Assembly: GCA_011109175.1 (NCBI GenBank)
Contig: RDEW01000015.1
Coordinates: 77,277-141,276, forward strand
Reading direction: 5' to 3'
DNA length: 64,000 nt
Origin: Dicyema japonicum
Taxonomy: Eukaryota; Animalia; Dicyemida
Part shown: in pieces, positions 26,838-40,019 of the stretch
Layout of the letters: each line of letters starts with the position of its first letter
Position numbering within the stretch: the stretch's first letter is position 1
Notes under the pieces: generated by a model
What the model saw: the letters and a program-made list of their open reading frames with translations, nothing else
What the model was told of the DNA's origin: nothing
The model's database searches: none
Position numbers and translations under genes: made by a program

Positions 26838-28533
26838 TTACAGTTCAATCTGCTGTTTGAATGTTTTATTAAATTTTATGAGTAAGTTTTCGGTGGTCCT
26901 TCGGTACTTTTTAGTAGGAATTTTAATATTAATTTCGAATTTATCAAAATAGTCATATATTTTGATACTTTTTGAATACAATTTGATTACAGTCTTGTTT
27001 AATGTCTGATCGTATAGTTATCTTAAATACCTCTATAACTTGATATATTTCATTTTGATATTTATCTAAAGAATTCCCTTCATTTTCGGTCAAATTCTCA
27101 ATTAAATGGTTGTTTTCGTCACTTACGCCATAGCTATAGGATTAATGACACAATAACCTTTTATAAAATTCAGCATTCCAACATTTCCTAGAATCGTTCT
27201 TTTCCACTTGGTTCTCACATATTTTTTCATCCAATTTTAAAATTGATTTGCAAATACGAAATGCTTTGATTTTAAAATCTCTCAAAGCTTGTGCTGACGT
27301 TTCAGAATGCTCCTCTTCATTTTGTTCTATCGAATCTCGTATTTTTTGTTTTTCAAAACTTCGTTGAAATCTCTTTCGATTTTGTTTTTTATATCCACTT
27401 GGTCTTCCGATAAATATTCATCTTCCATTACTTCCTTCCTTTCACAAACCTAAATGTGAATAATAGTCCTACAATAATTCTCTGTGGCATTTCTTCGACA
27501 ATCTTCATTTGCCATTTTGTGATAATCTCTGAAAGAAGATAAAATGGCTTGATTGCTTCATCTGTATCGTGGATATTCGAAAACTTTTCGATAAAATTCG
27601 CATAATCAAATAAACTAGGACATTTATCTATTTTTACCTTTTAACGACATCGAAATATTTTTTGTATACTTTGGATACGCTTTCATGACAAAAGTCATCA
27701 CAGAGCTTCACTAAATTTGCCCCGAGACAATTTTTGCAGTAGAAAAGTCTTCCAATATTAATTGATCCTTTCGGCGAGTCAAGCAAGACTGATTTTGATA
27801 AGAATGTCAATTTTTCGAAGTTATATATCAAGTTTCTAAGCAATAAGCTAAAAGGTTTAACCTAGTGGTGTTTGAGACTAAAAATAAATGATTGGTAAAA
27901 TTTTTGTAGTTTTTATCATTTTTGAGGATGAGATCGAAATTTTCCAAGTCGAGACAAGGGCTGTCTTGTAATGAATTTTTCGAAAAAGTCCGTTTATTAA
28001 AATCGCTGATTTGTTGAGGAAGGTCTTGAATCGATTTAACAAATCTCTCTTCAGACTTTAAAAATTAAATATTTTGACAACCTCAATTCCAGAAATGAAA
28101 AGTAAATATTTCATGAAAAATGGCCTAATCACTGAATTGGAAATATCTATTGCAAGTTGATGGTTAACTACGGATTGAATATCTTGAAAGATTTTCACAA
28201 ACGCTTTAAGGGAGGCAACACGATGATGTGCTGTAAAAATATAATATCATACTTACTCCAAAAACTGAATGACTAGCATTAAACAATTTATCCAGTTCTC
28301 TGAAGTCATCTCCAAGTAATTCTTCAACCAAATTTTCAGATATTTGCAAGTAAGATGACTCCATTTTGGCTGTGCAGCACGTAAAACCACTGCTAAAAGT
28401 CGGGCAATTCAAATCACCTAGCTTTAACAGATTTAACAAGACCTTTTATTTTTTCTTTATTATTTTGAATTTTGTCCAAAGAGCCGAATTTACTTTTGAC
28501 AAACTCAGAAACTGTCGACTCACAAAATTCCAT
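26838..28533 (-). CDS. Hypothetical multi-exon protein (about 7 tiny introns), family not recognised
   Basis: MEFCESTVSEF... Long open stretches are linked by 23-26 nt GT-AG introns (e.g. GTGATTTGAATTGCCCGACTTTTAG, GTAAAAATAGATAAATGTCCTAG). Ends ...FKQQIEL*. A few homopolymer indels must be assumed. Confidence 0.7.
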
Positions 28534-29862
28534 TTTTAAAAATGTATTTGATTGCTCATATGTTGTGGACAAGAAAAAAATAAAAATTGACAACATATTT
28601 TGTTGTTTTTAGTTTTCGCAGGAAATTACAGAATATAATGTAATGTCGCACTGCGAGGTTTTTATACATGTCTTCGTTATGCAAATGCACTAATCGGATT
28701 ATGAACTGGTAGACACCTAATTAAATATTTTTTGTCAAAATTAGACAATTAAAATAAATATGATTTTTTTGAAATTTTAGAAATAGTTTTATTGTCAAGG
28801 TAATCAATTCAGAAGTTTTAATTTTTTCAAAAATCTAGTAAATAAGCTAGTAAAAATCTAGTTTCACGAATCATAAGTGGTATATAATAAAAAAATTTAT
28901 CGGAATCGAAGTTTTTTTTAGGATACACTAAAAAAATTAAAAATTAACAGCTAATTAAATCTATGCAGTACCTAAAATCTCAGAACCTGAGAGTCTTTCT
29001 AATATCACACAAAAGTTCATTCAGAACCAAACGAAAGTTCATTCATCCAATTCTTACAGCAATGAGAACCTACACAATTGAGTGGAGAAGGCAAATGATC
29101 TTTTTTACATGTTATCCTGGCATTGGGCTTCATTTGAGACAAATGGATCAAATTTTGTAAAGCGAGAAAAGATAAGGAACAGGAAAAAGAGAAACGGTCG
29201 ACCCAGTAACCAGTTAAGAGAATCAATCCCAGGCCCAAGACATTTAATAATTAAAAAATTAATTAAAGAATTAATACATAAATTCAACGTGCAAATATTT
29301 AATCAATTTTGATGTAATCAATATATTTTCAAAAATAAGTATTCTATTATTGCTGTTAAAGCATTAACACAGCTTGTAATAATAATGCTAAAACATTATC
29401 CATTAATGTGTTTGAACTATATTATGATTTTATATGGGTCAATTATCATTAGCAATAGCTATCGTTTATGTAAATAAATAGAGTCTCGCAGATAATTTCT
29501 TTTAAGAAATTCACTGAAATCAAATAATTTTTATTTTAAAGCATCTCCTTGCAAATCTGCGTTCTCAATTCTGAGAGCACTCAGTGATTGTTAACTGTTT
29601 GTTTTAGTTAATAATTATTTTGTTTTAAAGCATATTATAGTTGTTATTAGCAACATACATGAAATCTTACTAACTATCATCCTGTGCATGCAACTTCAAT
29701 CATGTAATCTTCCAAGTTCTCTCAATTTTTGGGTTATAAGATATTCAACCCCCGCTCTTCCTTTGTTCAGAACTTTTGAATTTCCAATGTCTCCTGAGTA
29801 TGTGACATCGTTTGTGCTCACGGAAAGAAGGAAGAAGAGGGTTTTATGCACAAATAAGCGAA

Positions 29863-30131
29863 GGCCGGATGGCGCAGTTTGACGAGTGCTGGGCAAATGG
29901 CCCCTAGTTAGAATCTTGTGCTATCATTTCGCATCTACATATCTATGATGCTTTGTCTTGACGAGTGACGTCCTCATCAGTGACCATCACACTGCGGAAC
30001 CTGATCGTCTACAAAGAACACACACCCAACATAAAGAAAAAAAGAAGTGAAGAGCATTCCTTGGTTTTCCCCCATCGATTAGTTATGACAAAATGTTCTT
30101 TGCTTAAAATAAAGTGTGTGTCCTGCCTGGG
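29863..30131 (+). repeat. tRNA-headed SINE-like family, copy A
   Basis: A-box-like TGGCGCAGT; shares core TTGACGAGTGACG.C.TCATCAG, AAGAGCATTC and AATAAAGTGTGT blocks with copies B and C. Confidence 0.75.
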
Positions 30132-30269
30132 AAAAACGATAGTTACTATAGCTCCTCGTAAAGTGGATTAATTAGAAATTTTGTACAATAGAGGTACGTC
30201 ACATAATTAAAGTTTATTATATTCCACAATACAATTTGTTCTAGTCAAGCGTATCAAGTTAATATTCAA

Positions 30270-33200
30270 TATCAAATCAAATCAAATTTATTCCAAAGTA
30301 AGTAAGGAGTTAATTAAAGGGATTTTAATCGTGTCCGCCTTTGCGGCCTGGACACTTCACACGTATCCCATCTCCATTGTAGTCGTCCATTTAGTACGCA
30401 TTGAGAAGCTGGTTACCCAACCTTACTTCGATATCTATTTTTACCGGCCTGACAAGGCTATTCTCTTCCTCGGAGAGGCTTTCATGTAATTTCCTCCCCA
30501 GAGATATTTTTATCGCCGCTCGCCTTGTTTTCTCCAGGCGAGCGAGAATCCTTTCTCTCGAGGGAGTATAATACCATCCCTCGCATCCGTATATCAGTCT
30601 TGGGAGAATCACAGTTCGGAAGATATAGAGCATTGTATCGGCGTCCAGCATAAGTTTTCTGGAGCAGAACATCGCTTGAACGGCCTTCTTTCTCCGCTCC
30701 TCGATGTCCTTCCGATACGATCCTCTTCCATCCACTGCAATCCCCAGGTATTTCAGGCTAGAGACTCTAGGTATCCGTAGCGTATACATCTCTCTCTGGT
30801 GTCGACCCAGCCTGCATATTCGCAAGTAACTGGATTTTTCTGTGGATAGTTTCATCCCTCTCCTATCGCACCATGTCCGAACTCTGTCGACAAAAGCCCC
30901 GATTCGTCGCTCAGAGATGTAGGCCTTCAGAGATGAGTCTAGGATTAAGATGTCATCCGCATAAATCATCAGCTTGGTCCTAACGTTTTGTGGAGAAGGA
31001 AAGTCTTCCATAAATATGTTGAATAATAGAGGGCTTAGAATAGACCCCTGCGGCACTCCCTTTTAAACAATATATCTTCGGAATATTTTCCACCAACCAC
31101 CACGTTAGATATCCTCCCAGTCAACAGGTTCTTCAGCCATAGGAACATTTGTCTTGAAATTTTTGATCGAACCAATTGACAGAATAAGGCCTCGTGCCAT
31201 ACACTGTCGAAAGCCTTAGAGATGTCAAGGCAGACAAGGCTCAACTGGCTCCTCTTCTCAAAAGCATTTGCAATCTCATAGTTTAGAGAGTGAATGCAAT
31301 TTCCGCACGATCTCCCTGGCCGAAAACCCCATTGGTAACACTGTAGAAAATTAATCTTTTCTATATATTGATTCAATTTCTTGAAAATAATCCGTTCCAT
31401 AATCTTCGATGTAGAACAGATAAGGCTTATAGGCCTATAACTAAGAGGATCTTTCCTCGACTTTCCAGGTTTAGGGATCATCTTTACAATTGAGTGCTTC
31501 CATAGTGAAGGGGAATGTCCGAGCTTGAAACTTGCGTTATACATCTTTTGTAGAACAGATAGAAATTCATCGGATCCTTCTTTAAACATAGTCATCGGAA
31601 TGCTATCAAAACCAGGAGCCTTGTTTTTGCACTCCCGTATAGCAGTCTTGACTTCTGCCAATGTGATTTCCTCTACCATACTATTCAGATCGTCTATGGA
31701 GTAATCCATAGAGCTAGATATATCTTCTGAGAATTTTTCAGATATAATACTGACTGGGTCTACTCCCTGTATGTTTTCTAATTGTTTCCTGAATACTGAC
31801 GGTACTCTGTCCAGGGGAATTGTTCTTCCATCTTGATCCGCCAGTACAATGTTCTTTGCTCTCAAAGTAGTCTGGAGTACAATTTCCAGAAGCAAGGATT
31901 CTTCCGGTGCACTTTCGAGGCTGCTTTCCTAACTTGGTTTTCGGAATACAACTTCCAGGCTCTTTGTATAACTTTTTGGATAGCATCGATATTTTTTCAA
32001 AGTTATCCTGTCCCACATGTCCACACATCGTCTGTGTTTCGTCTTCAGAGTATTCCTCTCGCGAATAAGACCCGAATAGAGGGAGGGCAGGACTGATTCG
32101 TTTTCGGAAGGATTTTTGAGTAAATCTTCTTTGCATATAATCGCAGATACATCGTAATAGTATTGGATAAATCTTGGTTGAAAGAATCCAACTCATTATG
32201 TGTAGAAAAGGAATAATTAATCTTCATTAACATACTCTTCGATAAATAATGACGATAATGTTCCCAGTCTACCGACGAGGTATCATAATACAGAAAAATG
32301 TCTTCAATAATATCCGGTTCAAGATTTATAGTCATCTCCATAGGGATATGGTCACTCCCTATATCCCAGAGTAACCTTGGCCTGTTTACATGGTCTAGTA
32401 GTTGTGGAGATACTAAGGCCAATCCCAGCATATCACCCCCGTAGTATGAGAATGGTTAGGTTCTTCGGTCGTTAAGACTTCGACTCCAATTTCCCCGACC
32501 AAATCTGCTAGTAGTTGACCGTCCCTGTTGTTTCCATACATCCATAGGTCCTGTTCTTGGCGTTCAAATCTCCCACCAGGATCGACATTGGGTTTCTTTC
32601 GAAGAACTCGACAATTTTCACAGAGGACCGGGCCAAGTCCTTAGAATATAGCCCTCCCACGGTTATCCACGTTCCACCACATTGCACGTCGACAGACACG
32701 AATTCCGAATCGTCGGCCGATATAATGCAGTCGTTTCGAGTTTGCAATAGTTTATGAAAGAAGATTGAGGTTCCTGTTCCAGCAACTGCTCCATCTTTCC
32801 ATGGAATGTCCACTGAGTCATATCCTTCCAGAATATAATGCCTTCCTTCTCGAATCTTCGTCTCGTTGACTACCAAGACATCTGCCTTGGCAGTCCTCAT
32901 AAGTAGTGCTAGTTCATCATGCCTTTTCACCAAGGAGCGGGCATTCACCAGCACTAACTTTAGGATTCTTTTCAGATTTCTTTTTGGTGGCCCGGGCTCT
33001 CCATGGCCAGGTCCACCATTTCCCGTAAATCCACTCCCAAAGTAACACTAAGTTCTCTCAGTCTTGTAATAATTTCATATAGTTCTTCTTTGATTCTTCC
33101 TGGTATTTTCCTCTGGTTTGCCATGCCGATTTCTTTGGTAGATTAGCTGAAGACGGCTTGTTAACACTTGGACCAACAATTCTTTTTCGTGGTAGCGTCT

Positions 33201-34060
33201 CAACCTTGTCGTCTATGTCGTTCATAGGTTTCACATCTGCTTTTTGGATTTGGGAATGAGCTTTCGCCTGGCCTCCACAAGCACAGGGCATCCTTCATAC
33301 CTCGCATCGTGTTTGGCAGACCCACAATTGATACATTTCCGTTCAGAATCCATATTTATAGTACATTTCGAGATATCGTGTTCTCCCGCGCAACGTAGAC
33401 ATCTTTGCTTTCCTGTGCACTGGTATGAGAAGTGACCTATCTGCTGACATTTATAGCAGATCGGCGGTCCTCTTCTCTTCCATTCGCAGGATATTTTGTT
33501 CACTCCAATGTAGAAACCACAACGTATTAACGATGTGGCTTCCGGTCTACTCTTAATCGTGGCCATCGCCATTGGCATAGGCCGCGATCCTTTGGACATT
33601 CGGGTCACTTTCGTAGTTGAGGGAGCCATCTCCTGTAGGTAGTCCAAGAGGTCGTCCTCCCTCACCCAGAACGGAAGGTTCCTCAGGACAATCTCAGATG
33701 GTTTGGCTGAGATTGCCCTAAAGTGGTGGTTGTCCAGACCAAAGGGACAGGTCTCATTTATGGCCTCCATGTAGGTGGCCATGTGTGAGTTGTCTCGGAA
33801 GTCCAGACGGAAGGAGTCCGATCCTCTGTGGCTCATCCTCATGCATCCGTATTGGTCATAGAGGTATAGTGTGTTCGCAATCCTTATTGCACTGGTGGCG
33901 GAATTCACTGTTATCAGTACGGACAAGTTTTCTGTGGGATTTGGTTCGTTTGATGGTTTATTCATAACTGAAGAGTCGTACTTCGTTGGTTCATTGGCAG
34001 GTTAGAGAATCTTATTAAAGGTGATTTAAAAGGTATTTTTACACTCAATGACTTAAATCA
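30270..34060 (-). mobile_element. Full-length Jockey/I-group-like LINE: ORF1 gag (3 zinc knuckles), ORF2 APE-RT
   Basis: ORF1 CYKCQQIGHFSYQC / CLRCAGEHDISKC / CINCGSAKH; APE NARSL, NETK, GDLNAK, SDH; RT YRPISL, DISKAFD, PQGSILSP, YADD; (TTTGA)n tail. Confidence 0.92.
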
Positions 34061-34523
34061 CTGAAATTCAAAATCAATGGAAAAAGAAGTAAAATTCATA
34101 GACGTTTAATAACAGTAAGTCATAATTATGAGTTAGTTAAATTATCCATGATACAAAAAAATGTAAGAATTGCTAACGTTTAAAATTTAAAATAAATAAT
34201 TGTATCTTGAACTGTCAATAATGGAAATTGATTCTTAAACCCGTCACATCCTGATGACAAACACAAAAGGTTATGCATAACAGCTAAAAGACCTTGTCTT
34301 TGGCTGAGGTTTTTGCAAAACAGGTTGACTTGTTAATCATTGTCATTTTTGTCTAAAAAACGAATATTTCTGGAGTGAATAAAGTTATTTTTTATTTAAC
34401 AAAATTTTATTAAATAATTTAAGGTTATAATTTGTATTATAATTAATTTAAAAATACTAATTTAATTTTATATTAAAGTGGATAAACTAATTGAAATAAA
34501 TAAATTAGAATTTTAATTATCAT

Positions 34524-35706
34524 ATGGCGTTTCACCTAATTTTAATAACATTTTTGTTGAAATCTCTTGTCTCGTCAAAATCATATTTTTTACGATTAAT
34601 ACATGGAATTTTCCAAAGCAAATGATGAGGGTTTTTCAAATCATAATCCTAAGCTTATTTTATACTAAAAAATAATGGGAGTGCTCTCGATGCAGTGGAA
34701 CGGGCCTGCAACCAATGCGAAGATATGAAATGTGATAGATCCGTTGGAATGGGCGGTTATTGCGACGAAAATGGTGAGACTACATTGGATGCAATGGTAA
34801 TGAACGGGTAGTTATATTAATTTTAATCATTTAGGAACACTTTAAATGTCGGAGCAGTTGGGGAATTAAAAGAATCAAGCATCCCATTTCTGTAGCACGT
34901 CTAGTTCTCGAAAGGACTAAGCATTCATTTCTTGTTGGAGAATCGGGTATGAATAAATTTGCATAATTAGCAACCTCATTTGCGAATTCAATGGGAATCC
35001 CTTCCCAAGATTTAAACACATCGGCTTCTACTGAAATTCAAAATCAATGGAAAGCGAACAACTGCCAACCGAATCCATGGAAAGTGGATAAATTTTGTAA
35101 ATTTAGAATGTCGTTCCAGATCCAACCAAATCATGTGGCCCATATAAACCTTCAAAGTCAATATCTGACAAAGTAGACGATTCACGTGATTGGGAAATTA
35201 CAGGCCACGATACAATAAGTATGATCGCTATGGACGTTAATAAGCACATTTTTGGAGCAACCTCGACTAATGGATATAATCACAAAATTCCAGGGTTTAA
35301 AATCTCTTAAATGTGTTTATATAGGCGAGTTGGAGATTCTCCAATTCCCGGGTCTGGAGTTTATGTTAACAGTGAAGTTGGCGGAGCTGGTGCTACGGGC
35401 GATGGAGACATTATGATGCGGTTTTCACCAAGGTAAACCAAATTAAATTGATTTTAGTGCTATTATAGTTGAGAAGATGGCTGAGGGGTATTCTCCCTCA
35501 GCAGCCTGCGCCATGATTATAAAAAGAATCGCAAAGTATTATCCCAATTTTAAAGGCGCTTTGTATGCTGTTAATAAAGATGGCGATCATGGTATGCTGA
35601 CTAATTTTTAAAAATAGGTGCGGCTTGTAATGGTTTTGGAAAGTTTCCATATTGGTTTAGTGATAATAATGACCAAAAATTATATACGGTCGATTGCTTC
35701 CAATAA
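34524..35706 (+). CDS. AGA: N(4)-(beta-N-acetylglucosaminyl)-L-asparaginase (glycosylasparaginase), 8 exons
   Basis: Signal peptide; INTW; SALDAVE; [13 protein letters not shown]; CQPN; autocleavage HD|T; STNG; [10 protein letters not shown]; [11 protein letters not shown]. Introns 34631-34653, 34808-34834, 34947-34970, 35084-35106, 35295-35324, 35433-35457, 35592-35617. Three 1-nt homopolymer deletions. Confidence 0.95.
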
Positions 35707-35761
35707 TCTTAAATTACTGATATTTTGGTTCACTAATTAAAAAAATTAAATTAAAATAATT

Positions 35762-35985
35762 TCAAAGACTAAGGGTAACCAAACTAACTAACTCCTTGAT
35801 CATGACTTGTTCCAGAGTTCCAGAACTTGTCTTCAGGTAACGACATTGTCCCCGGGGAAAGAATAGTGGATCTTCTTGATGCTGGCCAGGCATTGGGCGT
35901 CTCCTCAGTAAGATGGATCCAATGACGTCATCAAAGGGAAGGAAAATAATTTTTGATATACAAGCCACATAGGCACCACGCGGCC
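35762..35985 (-). repeat. Structured SINE-like family (pseudoknot core + GIT-LINE-type tail), copy 1
   Basis: Homologous to 47325-47638 (+) and 49445-49590 (-). Confidence 0.8.
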
Positions 35986-36044
35986 ACGATTTTAACTAAT
36001 GGTAGTAAAAAAGTAAGCACTTCCACGTTAAGCACGTAAAATGC

Positions 36045-36325
36045 CTAGGGTTCCGCTCATGCAGAACACACACTTTATTTAAGTGAAGAACAATTATTAT
36101 AACTAATCGTAGAGGGAGAACCAAGGAATGCTCTTCACTTTTTTTTGCGTGTATGTCCCTTTAGATTATCCAGTTCCGCAGTGAATCTCCACTGATGACG
36201 GCGTCACTCGTCAAGCCCTTTTAGCATCGTAGATGCGTGGAACCTTCCAACAGGTGAACAGCAGCGATAATTGAACCCGTGACCTAAGTCACTTAGCCCG
36301 ACACCCAACCACTATGCCACCCGGC
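36045..36325 (-). repeat. tRNA-headed SINE-like family, copy B
   Basis: GCCGGGTGGCATAGTGG (A box) ... GGTTCAATT (B box), then the conserved core. Confidence 0.8.
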
Positions 36326-38297
36326 TTTTAACTAATGATTGAATGTTTTTGGTTATTAATGTTGGATGATTTAATTTAATATGGAATCTCATTAAATATT
36401 TCTTAAATTTTTAAGTTTTTTTTGAATTATTTTAATTTTAATTTAAATTGTAAAACTTTGTTGTTCAGCGGCTGACACCAATCTAATAATGTATGTCCTT
36501 AGCGTACTCTCAGTTTGTCTATTCTACCCCGTTTACAAATGCAATTGCAACTTTCACTTCAGAGAACACTAAACATGAGACCTTATACATGGATATCCTC
36601 GATGAACTGTGGAAACTTCCTAGGAGGAAAGTTGAATTGAGAAAACTGGTAGAACGGATAGTGAAGAGCAGAGAAAAGTGGAACCATAAGTTTTAATGCG
36701 GTAGTGCATCTAACATTCTTGTGCTCATATCGTCTAGGGACAATTAAACATAAAATTATGACCAGATAGCTCAGTAGTTTGGATGTCATACCAACAACTG
36801 TGGTCTATCGTTCGATTCACTCTGGTCGCTAATAGATCGAAGTTCTACTTTATTTTCATCCAATTACCGTTGCTTTATGCGATAAACCATAAGCTCCCAA
36901 TGATAGGACTGCAAAAAAATTCGTTCTCTCTCCCTCACATCAATGTGTGATTTTTGAAGCTATTCCCACAATTGTGGTTTTGAATGGACCTTTGTGTGCT
37001 TGAAACGCTTGTCTTTTGAAACCATGGGAACTGAGAAACTTAATTGGCTACTACTGTAATCTTCTTTCCCGATTTATCTCGGACTAATAAGAGAATATTT
37101 GATTTTCAATCATGGGTTGATCAGCATTATAGTTTAGTGGAATTGTGATTTCCTCAAAGATCATTTAATCATTACAACTGCCGTACTTTCCGCATAATTT
37201 AGTTTTATTAACTTTATAATTTTGAATATTTTTTATTATACAATGAAGAGGACGTAAAAATACTGTAAATACAATATAGTCGCGTATATCTATGTTTCTG
37301 CTCTCAAGAAGACGTAGAAAGCATGTTTTTTGAAAACAAAAAATGATTCCACGAATCTTTTGAAATCTTTAGATAGTTATTTCTGAGTGGGGGATGAGGA
37401 TGTGATGCATTAACCAAAGAGTATAAAAATTATTAAACTCTTCACTAAAACTTTAATTTTTGTATTAATAAATCATACACTGAAAAAAATGTTTATAGTT
37501 AACAACGAATCTAAGCGTTGTTAGACCATGAGATCCCGACCATTAATGAAAACAATTAATGAAAAACTATCTAAAGAATTCGAAAATTTTTATTGCAAGT
37601 CACATGACTGAAAAACAGAATATCAGATATTAATGTTCATTTAAGTTTTATGAGAAGACGGCAGAATGATCATTTTGCTATTTTTTCGAATAAATAATTC
37701 GAGACCAGTTAGCCGAGCGGTTGAGGTCTTGATGTACCTCTATTGCGCGAAATGTCTACTTAGCTCCAAAATTAATGAAAACTTGTTTTTTTCCTTTCGT
37801 GATCCTGCATAAGATCACAGATTGAGAAGACATTGGAAACCCAAAGTTCGGAACAAAGGGAGTATCGGATAGGATCTGGATTCAAATCTCGTCATCCCAA
37901 AATTGAAAGAACTTGTAGGATCATTTTAAGAAGTTGCACGTGTAGGATAATAGTTATTGATTATGCAAAATAAATTAAATTCTAGTTATCTTTGAAAAAC
38001 TCATTTGGTTGATTAATATCTAAGTTAATGCACAAAGACTCTACAAATTGTGCAAAATTTAGTTTGAATCGACGATAAAGCATATATCATTTAATCAAGA
38101 AAGTTTTCTTTAAATTAAATTTTAATACAAGAAAATTTAAGTCTTAATTATTAATAAATAAATAAATTAATTATTTTATTTAATATTTTATTAATTTCAA
38201 ATATTTAAATACTAACGTTATTGTCATTTTTCTGTTACCAAGTGTGTACATTTCTGTATTAATTTATCATTTGGATTTTATTATTTATTAGAGTTGT

Positions 38298-39021
38298 ATG
38301 AAAACCCGAAAGAAGTTAGCAATCTTAGATTACCTCCAACGTGATTTTGTTCCCAATCCAAACCAACTAATAGCAAAAGTATTTCTAATCGTTCAACATC
38401 TAGATTATTAAAACGCCTGGAAATAATCTCCATTTTGCCGAATCTGCCGACAAACGTGTTTTCCTCGCCTCAATGCCTCCACAGTTTCGAAAATCTCTGT
38501 GGATCAAATCAGGTACTCTCGTCTACCTAATCAGGTTCCTTCGTTGTTATCGAACCGTTCAATGACGGACAGAAAGTCGATGCGGTGATTATAAACGTGC
38601 TCAGCCCGGATTCCATTAAATCTCTCTATGAGGACGGCAGATGGTAGTCGATTTCTCTCATCTTAGGCCACATGAGTTTGACGACGATATTTCCGAGCAT
38701 ATCAGAAGACTATTGCCACAGAAAGAACAGTTTGACTGGAAAAGCGAAGAGTTTAAGCCGTTGAATAAAAAACGATTTGAGCTCATACGTGACTTGAATC
38801 CTGTTGACTATTCTTCTGAGGACTCCGATAATAGCTCTAATATGGATATCTCTAACATGAGCGATTCAAGTGAAGATGGTTCTGAGGAGGAGTTTTTGAG
38901 TGATTCGGAGGAAGTTCAGGAAGAAACGGATGGGCACTCTGATGAAAATCACACGAATTCTAATACGGATACTCATGATAGTTCAACAGATTATGATCAT
39001 TTTAACTTTTGTACTTTTTAG
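38298..39021 (+). CDS. EIF1AD: Probable RNA-binding protein EIF1AD (S1/eIF1A-like OB fold), 4 exons
   Basis: Introns 38379-38403, 38513-38534, 38644-38666. KTPGNNLH...FLASMPPQFRKSLWIKSGSFVVIEP...GRWPHEF; acidic tail. Confidence 0.93.
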
Positions 39022-39419
39022 AATATTTTTTATTTATCGTTAAATTTTTTAATTTTGAGTATTTTTGTATTTGTATTTTATTTAAATTGAGGATGAAAGT
39101 GTTTATTTATAAAGATATTCTCTGAACGGAGTCCCATTTCACTGATACGCTAAACTAGGCACCAATCGTGGATTTCCTCACACAACGCCAGTGAGAATTC
39201 TTCAAAGTGGCTAAACCCTTTGAGAATTCTCATAGGAAGGAAGTCAGATTATATCTGGAAACCTGCGCAAGATAAGAAAAGAAACCTTTTTCTTTTTTAT
39301 ATATTAATCAGAGTTTCCAAGACAAACCGTATCATCAAACTGAATATGAACATTGAGATCATTTAATCAGACGATAATTCTTATCCTTAGTAGTTCCAAG
39401 TTATTAAATTATTAACCAC

Positions 39420-39660
39420 GAAGGCTCCAAAAACAAAGTATTAGGACTAATAGGATACTGAAATGTTACTAGAGAGACAATATAAATCAGACATAACTTA
39501 TAGGCTAATAGAAATAGTAGAACAAGATTTATATCTAAGCAGTTTTTAAGGGAAATCTGCAGGTCTTTATATGACCTGCAGGTATTGAGCACTCAATGGG
39601 AGTTACCTTTCATAATAGCTAGCCCAATATTCTGGAAAAGCCATCTTGTCATTCTAGGGC
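39420..39660 (-). mobile_element. CRE-like 3' fragment
   Basis: RWLFQNIGLAIMKGNSH on the minus strand. Confidence 0.65.
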
Positions 39661-40019
39661 CATAGCTACATGCAACCATCCGCCTGTTGAATTTTATGTG
39701 CGTTACCATGTTAACAATTACTCGATAATAAATTATTGATAGCGTGCTTTAAAATATTCAAATATATTGATTCCATGTCTGTTTCGTTAAAGTCTAAGAG
39801 GAATATCTGAGTAAAACTATATTGGAAGAAGAAATTTTGATGTTAGTTTACTCGAAAAAATAATGGAAGTCAGAAAATTTTACTACTATCTACGGTCCCT
39901 AGTAGCTTATGAATGATTTGAGAATGACAGGCTCTTTATTACAATGACGAATACTTGGTTTCAAATTAAAATATTACATTTTTTAGCAAAAAAGCAAAAT
40001 TTAATGTTTACTATAGTTA

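Noticed and set aside
32975-33020. GPGHGEPGP at the ORF1/ORF2 junction as a 2A peptide
   Set aside because: Lacks the D(V/I)ExNPGP consensus.
34580-34880. Three -1 frameshifts in AGA (also in the homeobox tail, orphan gene and young LINEs) as programmed frameshifting or RNA editing
   Set aside because: The AGA and homeobox cases are single-base losses in homopolymer runs with no shared motif, typical of long-read consensus error; short-read polishing would settle it.
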